Shown here: positions 25,685 through 40,262 of the stretch, piece after piece
Position numbering within the stretch: the first letter of the stretch is position 1
Layout: every line of letters begins with the position of its first letter
DNA from: Octopus bimaculoides
Taxonomy: Eukaryota
Length of the DNA stretch: 64,000 bases
Direction: 5' to 3'
Assembly: GCF_001194135.2 (NCBI RefSeq)
Contig: NC_068994.1
Location: 40,778,238-40,842,237, forward strand
Made by a program: the position numbers and the translations under genes
Notes under the pieces: model-generated
Told to the model about the DNA's origin: nothing
What the model saw: the letters and a program-made list of their open reading frames with translations, nothing else
Databases searched by the model: none

Positions 25685-26916
25685 GGTTGGACAAATACTT
25701 ATTACTAAGGCATCACTTTACAACTGGAAGACATTAATGTTGATAAGCCTTCATCTATTTTACATGTGAAGGGTTTCCGATACTACTTGTCTCCTAAAAT
25801 GCAGAATTACTGGGCAGTTTGGTGTTGTTTACTTTTGTCAATAATCAACATCACTTTGTGCTTTTTCCATGGGATGCACAAAATATAAACCCATCTACAT
25901 GTGTGCATACATACATAATAGGGCCACTGAATAGCTTCCATCATTCAAATTTACTCTCATGACATCAGTAAGTTTGGGATTTGTAGAAATCACCTACTGA
26001 TGGCACTGCACCCAGGACTGAACCCCAAAACCACTTGGTTGAGAGGCAAGCTTTTCCTCGCCATACAACTGTCCCCTCACCTTTGTGTGTGTGCATGTAT
26101 ATGCACATATCTGTTACCCTTTCATCAGTGCATCTGAATATTATAATTATGCACAAATATTGGTTTCATATTTTGGCACAAGGCCAGCAATTTCAGGGGA
26201 GGGACTAAGTTCATTAAATCAACCCCTGGTACTTATTCTATTGACCTTGAAAACAAAAATGAAAGGTGAAGTCAACTCTAGCTGCATTTGAACCCAAAAC
26301 ATAAAGATATGAAATGCCACAAAGCATTTTGCCCAGCAAGTTAATGATTCTACCAGCTTGCTGCTTTAACAATGATGGTCTAATGTTGCTCACAAATTTT
26401 GGTCCAAGACCAGCAATTTTTATGAAGATGGTAAGTTGATTACATCAGCCCCAGTCCTAAACAGTTAATTATTTTATAAGCTATACTGTAGTAATAGTTA
26501 AGTTCGTGAAAACAATTAATACATCTTTTGTAATGAAAACTGAAAAACAAAAGTTCAGTAAGTAGGCACTTGTCAAACAAAATAGACAAGAAAAAAAAAA
26601 AAAAAGATGCTGTGGTAGTTTAACCAATTACCTCCCATAATTCTATTAACTGAACTTTTTTATGAAACTTTGATTTCTAGCAGAAAACAGCCTTAGAAAC
26701 ACGCTGGAATGATCAAAATAACATTTCAAAATAACATTTTAAATAGAAATAAGCTAGATATTGGATGAAAAATTAGCAAACCTCATTTGAATATCAGAGA
26801 AATATACCTAGTAGATATAGCAAAAAGGTTAGATATGTGTAAATATTGACAGACAATTACGAAATTTGTAATTTTTAAGTGATCTCATATGAGATCACAG
26901 GTAGGTAATGCGTTAA

Positions 26917-27136
26917 CCTTTTCGTTACCAACCCAGCTGAAACCGGCTCTGGCTCTGAGTACAAATGTCTTGTTTTCATAAGTTTTGAATTAAGATCTTC
27001 CACCAAACCTTATTCACAATTTATGTTCCTAACACTAGCTGAATGATAACTAAGTTATTTTATTAAATTCTTTGTTATATTTAAAGTAACTGAAAGAAAC
27101 ACAGAGCATCTCAAAATAAATACAGTAATAAAAGGG
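26917..27136. mobile_element. piggyBac-type MITE (220 bp)
   Basis: TTAA on both sides; TIRs CCTTTTCGTTAC / GTAATAAAAGGG; related partial copies at about 21535-21650 and 33705-33870. Confidence 0.7.
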
Positions 27137-27324
27137 TTAAGCCTTTAATATTCAGATTACTCTAGCAAATTTAAAGCTTTTTGAATCACACTGTTTTGAA
27201 GTAATCATGCATTATGTTGTAGTTTAAAGATTTTGACGATGTGGTTGCTTATTTTTTGAATGGCATTGTAGAGTCAGTGTAAGAAGCTGAATCTGGCCAG
27301 TTTGAATATCAAACNNNNNNNNNN

Positions 27325-27386
<62 letters not shown>

Positions 27387-27996
27387 ATCTCTCTCTCTCT
27401 CTCGCAATGCACTTAGAAACCTTATCTACTTACGCATATAGACAGACATGCATTAAACACAAAAAAAGACATACATGCAAAGTCCACAAACACCAATGTA
27501 CATTTGCTTACACCCACACACCAATGCCTACATGCTTGCATATACACCCACACAACACAAACACACGTGCATTCACAAATATACACAAATAATTCCATAA
27601 ACATCCGTAAACATTTAAACAAAGTTCGTAAAGTACTAAGCTAAAAGATCTAAGGGAAATAACTCATGTCGTTTTTATTAACTGGATATTCATTGCTTGC
27701 TGACAATGGAACTGCGTGTGTTTTAACCTATCGGCAGTCCTGGCTTGTTCTGTTATGTTTTATCTTTTACTTGTTTCAGTCATTAAACTGTGGCCATGCT
27801 GAGGCACCGTAGAGAAGGGTTTAGGACAAACAAATCGACCTCAGTTCTTACGTTCTGAAAGTCTGGTAGTTATTTTATCATCTTATTTTGCTGAACTGCT
27901 AAGTTACGGGACTGTGATCAAAACAACGCCAGTTGTCAAGCAGTGGTGACAAGGGACAAACACAGACACAGTGGTACACATAAATACATACACATG

Positions 27997-28029
<33 letters not shown>

Positions 28030-28357
28030 NNNNNNNNNNNNNNNNNNNNNNNNNNNNNNNNNNNNNNNNNNNNNNNNNNNNNNNNNNNNNNNNNNNNNNN
28101 NNNNNNNNNNNNNNNNNNNNNNNNNNNNNNNNNNNNNNNNNNNNNNNNNNNNNNNNNNNNNNNNNNNNNNNNNNNNNNNNNNNNNNNNNNNNNNNNNNNN
28201 NNNNNNNNNNNNNNNNNNNNNNNNNNNNNNNNNNNNNNNNNNNNNNNNNNNNNNNNNNNNNNNNNNNNNNNNNNNNNNNNNNNNNNNNNNNNNNNNNNNN
28301 NNNNNNNNNNNNNNNNNNNNNNNNNNNNNNNNNNNNNNNNNNNNNNNNNNNNNNNNN

Positions 28358-28403
<46 letters not shown>

Positions 28404-28749
28404 TAAGTAGAATAAAATAAAATAATAAAACAAAAATTTTTCACCTAAAATATTTTTCCGTATCTTAATTTCCAATGTATATAACACAGGTATACTAAAC
28501 AATAACATAAAAAAAACAAGAACGTTTTTGCTCCCCGTGAGTGTTGGGATATCTAATTTGAAATTCTGTTCATATTTTTCAATTTGATCCTCATTTTATA
28601 CTGCTGAAAATGCTTTTGGTAGTCTAATTTTACAGTAAGACTAAGCACATACGAAGACTAAACATATAAAGAAGACACTATTTTCTGTGTCATATACTTA
28701 ATGTATGTGTATTGTTATTTGCTTTTAGGTTGCACTATTTCAGTCGAAG

Positions 28750-29195
28750 AAAGGTGGTGAGCTGGCAGAATGATTAGCAGGCTGGGTGAAATGCTTAGTG
28801 ATATTTTGTCTGTTTTTATGTTTTGAGTTCAAATTCTTCTGAGGTCAACTTTGCCTTTCATCCTTTTGGAGTTGATAAATTAAGTAGCAATTGCATACTG
28901 GGGTTGATCTAATCGACTGGTCCCTTCACCCAAAATTTCAGGCCTTGTGCCTAGAGTAGAAGAGAATATTCCATTCAAAGAATGATGGCAAGCCGGCAGA
29001 ATCATTAGCACGCCGCATGAAATGCTTAGTGGTAGTTTGTCTGTCTTTACGTTCTGAGTTCAAATTCCACCGAGGTCGACTTTGCCTTTCATCCTTTCGG
29101 GGTAAATATATTAAGTACCAGTCGCGTACTGTGGTTGACCTAATCAACTAACTCCCATCCCCAAAATTTCAGGCCTTGTGCCTAGAGCAGAAAAG
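28750..29195 (+). mobile_element. Two tandem SINE family A copies
   Basis: Both end cccaaaatttcaggccttgtgcctagag.agaa. Confidence 0.9.
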
Positions 29196-31008
29196 AAACA
29201 AATATTTCATCCAGAGAAGGTCCCGTTAAATACATACTATGTTACTTCAAAGCCAGATGAAACAAATAATAATAATGACAGGTTTTGATATTTTGCTGTT
29301 ATTTCAGCTCATTAGTGGTGTAAACTTGATTCACCTTTGAGATGAATTCAAACTGCTGGCCCAAAGTATATACAGATTGCATAAAATCTCCTGATGTGCA
29401 ACTGCACTGTACATGTAAAACAAAATTCAAATTTTGAGTAAGAAGTAGACTTATAATATAAACATTATAAAAGTTACATACATAACGTATGTGTGCTGTT
29501 AAACGCTTTTAGGTAGCAAATATTTTGCCCAAGGAAAGCCTCTTTAAATATGTACTGTGTTAAAAAACTGTATATTTCTAAGCCATGCAAAGGTGAATAA
29601 GAATGACAGATATTGATATTTTCCTGTTATTTCAGCTAACTGGTGCCATATACTCAAGTCACCCTCAATACAAACTCAAATCACCCACAAGGCAAACTCA
29701 AATCACTGGCTCGAAGTATATTAAGACTGCATAAAATCTATTTGCTGATGTGCAAAAGTGTTGCACAAGTAAAACAAAATTCAAATTTTGAGTTAGAAAC
29801 AGTTCTATAATGTAAATGTTATTGATTATATATAAATTAAAATTTTGCGTGTTGTTAAACGTTATTTTGGTGTGGTATTTTATCTAGAGATAGTCCCTTT
29901 AAAAGCATTATATATTTATGTAGGCGTAACAACAGATGTGTGCTCCACACCAACTGTGTTTCTCTATAACTTTCTTGAAAATTCATATTGTTTATGAAGT
30001 TTTCCAAAAAATTTATTTTAGGTGGAGTAGGTTGCAATTTTATGTTGCAAGAATAAAACTGAGAAGTGTATCTATTTCTTGAGAATCATACCCAACCCCA
30101 GAGGAGGGTAGTTGTGAACGATCCTTTGTTTTTGAGAAAATGAAAAATTGGCAAGATACACTTTTGTAGTTATCATCATCATAATCATCTTCATCAACCT
30201 TTGGAAATTATTGTTTTGAGTCCTAGGACTCATGGGGCCAGAACCTGGTTTCCATGGCAGATAAGCGATAAAGATCACAACATTCCTAGAAATTGAAATC
30301 ACAATCTCGAACTCATGAGTAAAACATTCAAACCACTCAGCAATGTGCCTTCAGTTGGTAGTTATGCCTTTATTTCATCTAATAGTTGTACATCACACTG
30401 CTGTGACAGAAAGTAAAGAAACTTTTTAAAAAATCTCAATATTAATGAAACAGTAATCGATGAGAAATTCAAACAAACCAGAAATAATTTCATTGGCCAA
30501 TGTGCACAAAAAAAAAAAATAACAATAAAGAAAAAAATAGAGAAAAAATTAAGGAGGACATGAGAGTGCAAGAGACATAAATAGAAGATGAATGTTTTAG
30601 TATTTTAATATAATTTCATTCACATCTAGGATATTCTCAGGAATATTAAATAGACACTAGTGCTTGACTTGATTGGTAAATTATTTTATAGACTCCCAAG
30701 AATGAAGAAAGTCTATCTATCTATCTGCTTGCCTGTCTCTCTGTCTTCTGTCTGTCTATATCTCTTGCTCTCTTTCTACAATATTCATATGCATATGTTG
30801 TTATGTAAGTAAAACATTAATGTTTGAAACCGGTACACAATTAATTCTTTATTCTGACTTGCCCGCTTATGGTCTGGTGTTTTGCGAAATTTTTTTTTTT
30901 GGAGAACATTATTTTTCTTTGTGGTTGGGCCGTTGATGACCTCTTTCTAGCATATAGGTTGTCCACTTAGTGGTCATCCCTTCTTATATACATGTTAAAT
31001 ATATATAC

Positions 31009-31039
<31 letters not shown>

Positions 31040-31169
31040 NNNNNNNNNNNNNNNNNNNNNNNNNNNNNNNNNNNNNNNNNNNNNNNNNNNNNNNNNNNNN
31101 NNNNNNNNNNNNNNNNNNNNNNNNNNNNNNNNNNNNNNNNNNNNNATATATATACATCTATATATATAT

Positions 31170-31620
31170 ATCATCATCATCATCATTACCATTTAACGTC
31201 TGTTTTCTATGCTGGCATGGATTGAATGGTTTGACTGAAAGCTGGTAAGCTGGGGAGCTGTACCAGGTTCCAATCTGATTCCACATGGTTTCTACAGTTC
31301 GATGCCCTTCCTAATATCAACCACTCCAAGAGTGTAGTGGGAGTTTTTTACATGCCATTGGCATGGGAGCCATTGAAGTGACACCAGCATTGGGCATGAC
31401 TATGGTCTCACTTGGCTTGACAGGTTTTCTCAAGTATGGTATATCGCCAAAGGTCTTAGTCACCTGTCACTGCCTCCATGAGGCCAAATGCTCAAATGGT
31501 ACCTGTTATGTGCCACTGGCATGGTAACCTCCATGATAGCCTCTATGAGGCCCAATGCTTGAACGGCGCTTATTATGTGTCACCTGCATGGGTGCCAGTC
31601 ACACAGCACTGGCATTGGAG
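31170..31620 (-). mobile_element. RTE-type tail copy (reverse) with (GAT)n tail
   Basis: (cat)n..tttaacgtctgttttctatgctggcatgg..gatgcccttcctaatatcaaccactcc..tagtggg. Confidence 0.7.
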
Positions 31621-31655
31621 AAGGTACAGGTATATGTGTGTGTGGGAGAAAGAGG

Positions 31656-31757
<102 letters not shown>

Positions 31758-32694
31758 GAGAGTGTGTGTGCGTGTGTGTGTGTGTATGGTCTTCAACAGT
31801 ACAGATACCAGAACGTCATGATTTCAGAATGAGGCAATAATAGTTGACCCTTGTCTAAGGTGCTATGCAAAGGATTTGAGCCATGAAACCATGTGATTGC
31901 AGAGTAAATTTATTAACCACACACCTCCGACTGCACCTCCCTATAGCCTGTACCACAGTTGGAATAAGTCTGGATGTACACATGTGTGATATGGCTATTG
32001 CATATGCTCAGGTATGTGTTTGAGTGTGTGTGAATAAGCATATAAACAGATAAGATGTATATGCATGTGTATATGTATATACACACCCACATATATAAAT
32101 GTGTATGTATAAAGTTGTTTGGGCATACATGTGTGTGTGTCATTGTGCATATGTACCACAATACAGAAACCACAATCTTATACAATACAAGTTGTGTGAA
32201 TAACCATGTTTGACCTTCATCCGACATAACCCAAGTTAGCTTTTTAAAATCATCTTTTAAGCAAGATAAAAGCTAACTTGAGATATATGTTATCCTTAGC
32301 ACCACCCAAAATACTTCTTTATTGCAAAATCAATTCCTAAATTCAATTCTTCAAATACAAGCTTACAAGATCAAGTCTCCATTCATATATTCTATGTGTG
32401 TTGAAACCAATACATCAATAAAATTCACGATAACAAGAAATGTCATTCCGTAGAAAGCTGTAGAAATTCTTTGGAAATTCAGAATTCTTTTTCTTCAATT
32501 TTTCCACACATTATCACTTTTTCACAATTATACAGATATTGTATGCATTAATCTCTACCAAAATAATTTTCAGTGTGACTCGATCAGATCCAGTCAATGA
32601 GTACATAAGAAAGCTAACTGCCTGAAGACTGGGAAGAAAACTCTGAATAGTGACTCATGAGAACACAGCATTGAATAACTAAAAACACACGCAT

Positions 32695-32738
<44 letters not shown>

Positions 32739-33034
32739 CCACATGTATATACATAATATATAAATGTATAAATGTGTGTGTGTGTATGTGTATAGTAATA
32801 ATATTAATCCAAGAGTGTGATTTATAAATATTTTAATGTATTACTTTGCATGTTTCCACAAATCTCATATTTTTTAGGATCATAATCCACATTCCTGTTG
32901 CAACTTAGTCGAAATAATAACAAAGAAGCCTTTATGCGCATTTTCAAAAGTGTTTCCCATACACAAACTTGAAGGACATATATGGTCTGCATATCATATA
33001 TACCTATACATAAATATCTATATGTATATATGTG

Positions 33035-33067
<33 letters not shown>

Positions 33068-33345
33068 NNNNNNNNNNNNNNNNNNNNNNNNNNNNNNNNN
33101 NNNNNNNNNNNNNNNNNNNNNNNNNNNNNNNNNNNNNNNNNNNNNNNNNNNNNNNNNNNNNNNNNNNNNNNNNNNNNNNNNNNNNNNNNNNNNNNNNNNN
33201 NNNNNNNNNNNNNNNNNNNNNNNNNNNNNNNNNNNNNNNNNNNNNNNNNNNNNNNNNNNNNNNNNNNNNNNNNNNNNNNNNNNNNNNNNNNNNNNNNNNN
33301 NNNNNNNNNNNNNNNNNNNNNNNNNNNNNNNATATATGTACGTAC

Positions 33346-33399
<54 letters not shown>

Positions 33400-33959
33400 A
33401 TGTATGTTTGCACATATGTGAACACATGTGTTTACACATACATATATTTGTATACATATACACTCATGCAAGTGCAAGCACACACACACATACGAGTGGA
33501 CAAACAAAAGAAATAGCCACTCAATGAATTTGCTGGGAATTACATGTATTTTTAATAACAGTTTAACTCAGCTCCATATGACTTAAAAGAGACATTTCCT
33601 GATATGTGACTAGATGGACATACCCTACATGTGTAGTGGGAGTTTTTAATAACTACACAATTTATTATTGCATAAGTGGCTATGCACTCCATAGTTGCTT
33701 GTGGCATTAATTCTTTTGTTAGTATGGTACTGTTAAAATGCACTACCTTTGTATCAATTAATCTTGAAATTAATATAAAATTTAGTAGGATAATTTTGTC
33801 ATTATGAAGCTGTTGATTGGATCATAAATTGACATGAAGTTTGGATGAAAATTTTTAGATCACTCTAAAATTGAAAAAAAAATTTTTATAAGTAAGTCCA
33901 GAAACAAGGTGAGAGGCCACTCAGTATAAGAAGCTATGAAGAAGGAGGAATTAAGATGA

Positions 33960-34230
33960 AAAGAATGAAAAAAATTATCATGGGTAGATGACAGTTCCAA
34001 AGTCTGGTAGTATGAAGGAAAAAGCTACAATGTAGAAAGACTTCCTTATTCATGGAAGTACAACAGTATTTTGATGAAGATCCTGTGAGCTTTGAGTCAG
34101 ATGAGATGGCATAAAGTGATCTGGAACTAAGAGAGCAAGTTCATCAGAGCACTTCCTGTGGCAATAATGACAGAAAAAGATTAGGACTGGTGGTATCCTA
34201 AGTTTGTATCATAGAACCAGGGATGTCTTA
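33960..34230 (-). mobile_element. Decayed CR1/L2/Jockey-group LINE ORF2 C-terminal fragment
   Basis: Minus-strand frames give YCHRKCSDELALLVP and SFFLHTTRLWNC(H)LP, like the conserved SFFxRTxxLWNxLP terminus. Confidence 0.6.
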
Positions 34231-34267
34231 GGAATATTGGTATGAAGGGGGTAATATAATCCTTAGA

Positions 34268-34710
34268 GTCAAGGCGGCACGCTGGCTGAATCATTAGCCT
34301 GCTGGGCAAAATGCTGAGCACTATTTCACCTGTCTTCGTGTTCTGAGTTCAAATTTACTGCGACTGACTTTGCCTTTCATCCTTTCGGGGTTGCTAAAAT
34401 AAGTACCAGTTGATCACTGCAGTACCCTTCTCCTAAAATAGTTTGCCTTGTGCTAAAATTTGAAATCAATATTAATATTTATCAATTCATTTACAGCTAG
34501 CAAGATGGCAGAATTGTTAGCATGCTGGGTGAAAATGCTTTGCAGAATTTCATCTGTCTTTACATTATGAGTTCAAATTTCACTGAAATCGACTTTGCTT
34601 TTTATCCCTTCAGGGTTGATAAATTAAGTCGCAGCTGATCACTGCAGTTGATGTAATTGACGTAGATTCTTTCCTGAAATTTCTAGCCTTGTGCCAAAAT
34701 CTGAAACCAG
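34268..34710 (+). mobile_element. Two degenerate SINE family A copies
   Basis: gagttcaaattt..gactttgc.ttt.atcc.tt..gggttg.taaa.taag motif twice. Confidence 0.8.
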
Positions 34711-35233
34711 TGTAATCCTCTGAGTAACCACAACAACACGTGTGGTAAACCTGGCTGTTTGAGTTTTATATATTGTCTATCTGACCAGCTTTTACAGTTT
34801 TAATGTAACCAGTTTTATTTACAAGACTTTGGTTGACCTGTGACTCTTGTAGAAGATAAGTTGCCCTATGTGCTATGCACTGGGATTGAACCTGCATCTT
34901 CATTGAATCTGCAAACCTCTCAGTCATTCAGCCATACTTGTAGATATATATGAGCATGCATAAACATGTATGTGTTTCATTATATACTTACATATAAACT
35001 TACATTCATGCATACGTGTATATGTGTATACAACCAAAAATATTAGAAAAAATATATATATACATCATTATATATATGTATGTCTAAATATATATACATA
35101 TGTATGTATATCTATCTATATATGTCTATCAATATCTATATCTATATCAATATATAACCTCCAAAATAATAAGTCACCCATATTTTATATCTATCTATAC
35201 ATACGCGCATACACACATATATATGTATATGTG

Positions 35234-35268
<35 letters not shown>

Positions 35269-36076
35269 NNNNNNNNNNNNNNNNNNNNNNNNNNNNNNNN
35301 NNNNNNNNNNNNNNNNNNNNNNNNNNNNNNNNNNNNNNNNNNNNNNNNNNNNNNNNNNNNNNNNNNNNNNNNNNNNNNNNNNNNNNNNNNNNNNNNNNNN
35401 NNNNNNNNNNNNNNNNNNNNNNNNNNNNNNNNNNNNNNNNNNNNNNNNNNNNNNNNNNNNNNNNNNNNNNNNNNNNNNNNNNNNNNNNNNNNNNNNNNNN
35501 NNNTATATATATGCACACACGCAACCCATACACATGCACACAAACAAGCACACATTCCTTATATATATTTATATATTTGTGTGCATGCATGTGTGTATCT
35601 GTGTGTATGTGTGTGTGTGTGAATGCATGTGTGTGCATGTCTATGCATGAGGTGTGTGCGTCTGAGAGTGAGAGAGAGAGAGAGATAGAGAGAAAAATAG
35701 AGAAGAAGAGAAAGTGCATATGTGATTAAGTAGATATTAATGCATGCATGTGTGTGTGTATGTGTGTGTGTGTGTGTGTGTGTATGTGTGGCTGTGTGGT
35801 TGTGTGTGTCTGTTAACATTTGTGTAAATTCATGCATGCTGATATGAAAATGCCATCCGGCATTATTGAAATACATAATAGAATTATTAAGCTATTTTAT
35901 CAAAACTTTCCCCCCTGATGCATATTTCTTCCGTAAGAGAAAAGTTTATCTCTTGCTTTTTCTGCCCAAATAATATTGTCAATTTGTGCTCTCCAAGATT
36001 TTTCTAAACTACCTTCTAGTTCTATTAATCTTTCATGGAAGACTTGGCAACAAATAGTGATCATTTATGATTAAAG

Positions 36077-36119
<43 letters not shown>

Positions 36120-36936
36120 AGAGAGAGTAAGAGAGAAAGAGTGTGTGGGTGGATAGAGAGCAAAAAATATAAAGAAAAATAGTAATAATTCAACATCTTT
36201 TAAAATGTTGTTTGAAAACTGCTAGCTATACTGAAAAGAAAATTGACTGAGATGTTTAAAAAAAATGTGTCTAAGCAATTAAAACATTCAATCAAGACTT
36301 AACTACTTTAAAAGATTAACTGTGAATCCTATTCACTCCTGAAACAAACAAATTAGGTCAGATGTACAAGTGGAGCATGGTTCTTTTATGCTTTTTGTTT
36401 TTTAATTCAAATAAGCCATAGTGTGCTCTTTTGGTTAAAACCTTCATGATCAAACAGCAAGAATGAACTGGAAGATTTAATAAATGTATTTTGGAATGCC
36501 ACTTGATGTGCTGTATTTGGCTGTGATGACTATCTATAATTCTTCTGCCTGTAGGCATCTGTATTATGATTAATCACTGCCAATTTATATCCTTAACAGC
36601 TTCTTAACAACAGCTGGGGCATGCAAAATCTGAAAGATGCTTTGCTTCCTCAGAAAGCCCTATTTCTTCATGCATGAGTCGAGGCATTTTATTTTGTATT
36701 ATTTTATTTCATTTATTTCTCTTTTATTTATTTATTTATTTATTTATTTATTTGGTTGTTTCAGTAATTGAATTGAGGTCATACTCGTGCACTGCCAGCA
36801 AGGCTTTTAGCCAACTATATTGACCCCTGCATACCTAGGCTAGTACATGTCTTTATCAATCTCTATTAAACGGCTGAGGTTACCTTGAGTTGCAAGGTGG
36901 TACTTACTGCAAGGAATATACACAAGACTAGAGATA

Positions 36937-36986
<50 letters not shown>

Positions 36987-37149
36987 AAAGATGGAGGTGG
37001 AAATAGCACAGAAGCAAGTCTAAGACATTTCAGTTTAAGAGGGAATTAAGTAAAAATGATCGTAAAAATTATATAAAGAATATACAATTTATATATATCT
37101 TTTATATACAATTTATATATCTTACATAAAAATTTGATTTGTATAGATC

Positions 37150-37517
37150 TCTACTCTTTTTTCGAGCATGATCGTTACCAGCGTCGCCTTACTGGCACTT
37201 GTGCTGGTGGTATGTGAAAAACAATATTCAAGCGAGGTCATTGCCAGTGATACTGGACTGGCTCCTGTGCAGGTGGCACGTAAGAAAACATCATTTGAAT
37301 ATGGCCGTTGCCAGTACCACCCGACTGGCCCTTGTGCCAGTGGCACGTAAAAGCACCCACTACACTCTCGGAGTGGTTGGTGTTAGCAAGGGCATCCAGC
37401 TGTAGAAACACAGATTCGAGCCTGGTGCATCCATCTGGCTCGCCAGTCCTCAGTCAAATCGTCCAACCCACGCCAGCATGGAAAGTGGACGTTAAACGAT
37501 GATGATGATGATGATGA
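37150..37517 (+). mobile_element. RTE-type tail copy with internal modular repeats and (GAT)n
   Basis: Modules of gccag..actgg..gtg..ggtggcacgtaa.aaa.ca; ends ggacgttaaacgatgatgat. Confidence 0.8.
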
Positions 37518-38088
37518 TATATACATATATATATTTACTTGTTCCAGTTATTTGACTGTGGCTGTTGGAGCATCACCTTGAAGGGTTTTAGTTTGATGAA
37601 TCAACCCCAATACTTATGGTTTTTTAAGTCCAGTAATTATTCTATATATAAACATACATACACCCACTCCCACATGCATGCACACACACACACACACACA
37701 CACACATGCACATACACATATGGATGTTAATATTAATATTAATCTGTAAAGCAGCAAGGTGGCAGAATTGTTAGCGTGCCAGGCAAATGGCTTGGCATTC
37801 CATCCAGTCCAATGTTCAAATGAAACCAATGTCAACTTTGCTTTTTCATCCTTTTGGGGTTAGCAAAATAAGTAGCAATGGAGCACTGAGATCAATGTAA
37901 TCAACTTAGCCCCTCCCCTGAACTTGAAGCCATTATTATTATTATTATGTTGCTTGTGCCTGCTAATTTAGTTAGCAGGTATTCTATCTTGAGGTTTAGC
38001 AACAACAAGTCTCCTCAAATTATAAGAATCTTTCTTAAAATTCTTGCAACATATAGGACAGTACATTTCTGCAGGTTGGCAATATGAA

Positions 38089-38143
<55 letters not shown>

Positions 38144-38349
38144 GCCTTTGCACAGCTTCTAATGCTGGAGATGTACTACAGTGTCAGCTGTTCACTACCA
38201 GTGAACTAAGGTAACACCTCTTATTTTTTGAGCACTTTCCCCAGTATTCAAGCGGTTCCAAGCAGTGCTGTTTTCTGCAAGTGTTCCACCCTTATTGCAG
38301 CCCCTATTTGTTCCACGTCCTTATTGCAGCCTCTATCTGTCCCCACATA

Positions 38350-38351
<2 letters not shown>
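38144..38351 (-). mobile_element. R4/Dong-like 3' end inserted in a (TAA)n array
   Basis: Minus frame IGAAIRVEHLQKTALLGTA*ILGKVLKK*; long perfect (TAA)n on both sides. Confidence 0.8.
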
Positions 38352-38396
<45 letters not shown>

Positions 38397-39703
38397 GAGT
38401 GAGGGAGCAGGGCATGCCATCAAAGAGACACTGGTGTACAAATATACAAATCCCAATACACGCATCATGACTACCTGTCTGAGAAGGGCACACCAGATAC
38501 ACGCATCACAAACATATGTGCAGGACATGGTGATCTCATATCAAGATAAACAGAACATGATCTTGTAGGTAGGGCCCAGTTAGAATTTTCTTCAGGTCGA
38601 GTAGCCCATCCCACTGAAAAGGTCCCTGGATAAGGTTTGTTTAAGGATGCTGAATGAAACACTTGTTTCTATCATCAGCCAATAAGGAACATGCTCAACT
38701 AGTTAAGGTCAAGCAACTGACAAGCAAATCTGAGATATTGAGCAGAATATTTCCTGTAGCCATCTTTTATATCCAGATAAAACATGTACATGATAACACT
38801 TCCAATCAGTTAAGATCAAATGCCATGAGAGACACTGCCTTGTTGTTGATGCTGCTGCTGCTGCTGCTGTAGTTGTTGTTGTTGTTGTTATTGTTGTTGC
38901 TGCTGTTGTTGTTGTTTAGCTCTCATCAGCCCTAGCCCTGTTCAATCAATTCTAGGATCAAAACATTTAAACCGTGACTAATCACATGTTTTTGTATCTG
39001 TCAGATTAGAATATCTCATGTGTCCCTCCATTCTTCAGAGAATAGGTTGTGATTAGAGCAAATTTTGTTTGTTATTTCTAGCAAAGTGTATGACTGGAGA
39101 CAAAGAATTACCACATGTTACATCAGCTCATAGTACTAAACTTAAATTGTGCTGCATGTCAGTAGATGATGGTGAAAGGAAAACACTGCCTGTCTATACG
39201 TTCAAAATGAAGCCTGATCTTCAATGATGCTATGACTGCCCGTTATTTACTGTTATAATGACCAAGTTTCTTTCATGTAAAAATCCTTTGATAACATATT
39301 TAAACCCCAGTGATCCTTTTTAATGACCATTTGGAGATGTTAAGTCTGGTAAACATGACCAAATAACTTCCTGATTCTCATTAGTCCAGTATATCTAGAT
39401 TCAAATGTCCTGCCATCGTATGCGTGTGCACAAACACAGTTACATAGATATAGAGTAATATCCAATGGAAAATGTACAAACAGAGACAGAAACACACGTA
39501 CGTGCATGCACACACATACACACATGCACACCCACACAGACAGACACACACACAGAGTATACGTGCATGCACATATGTATCTTTGTGTATTAAGTATATC
39601 TCTATACATGCACAAAAATAAATGTGTTGACATACATACATATACACATATACATACATATATATATACACACACATATATTTATATATATATTCATAAA
39701 TAT

Positions 39704-39779
<76 letters not shown>

Positions 39780-40214
39780 TTCTTTTATTCTTTTATTAGA
39801 TTGGGTCATTTATCCCTGACTGTGGTTCAAGTTTGTTATACATGCTGTTAGTGAGAAATTTTAAATAGTAACCACATGGTCATAAGCTCGAATCTGGCCT
39901 CACTCAGAGTAACTAAAAAAGAAAAATCTTGCCTGTTTCACTTTGTGTGGCCAGAAACAAATCAATTTTGAGTTCCATTCTTTGGAGAGGTGTCTGTGTC
40001 ATGGGGAGAATCAATAAAACAAGGTACTTTTTTAGTATTGGGGTTGATTTCTTCAACTAATCCTACTCCAACTCTAATTTACGACCATGCTGGGACACTG
40101 CGTTGAAGGGTTTTAGCTGAGCAGACCAATGCCTGTACTCATTTTTGCTAAACTGCTAAGTTACAGGGACATAAACAAACTAATATTGCTAGTCAAAAAG
40201 TAGGTGGGTATGAG

Positions 40215-40262
<48 letters not shown>

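Noticed and set aside
36601-36678. Possible terminal exon LLNNSWGMQNLKDALLPQKALFLHA* (similarly FNSAPYDLKETFPDM* at about 33562)
   Set aside because: An acceptor plus a short open frame is expected by chance; no linked exon or homology.
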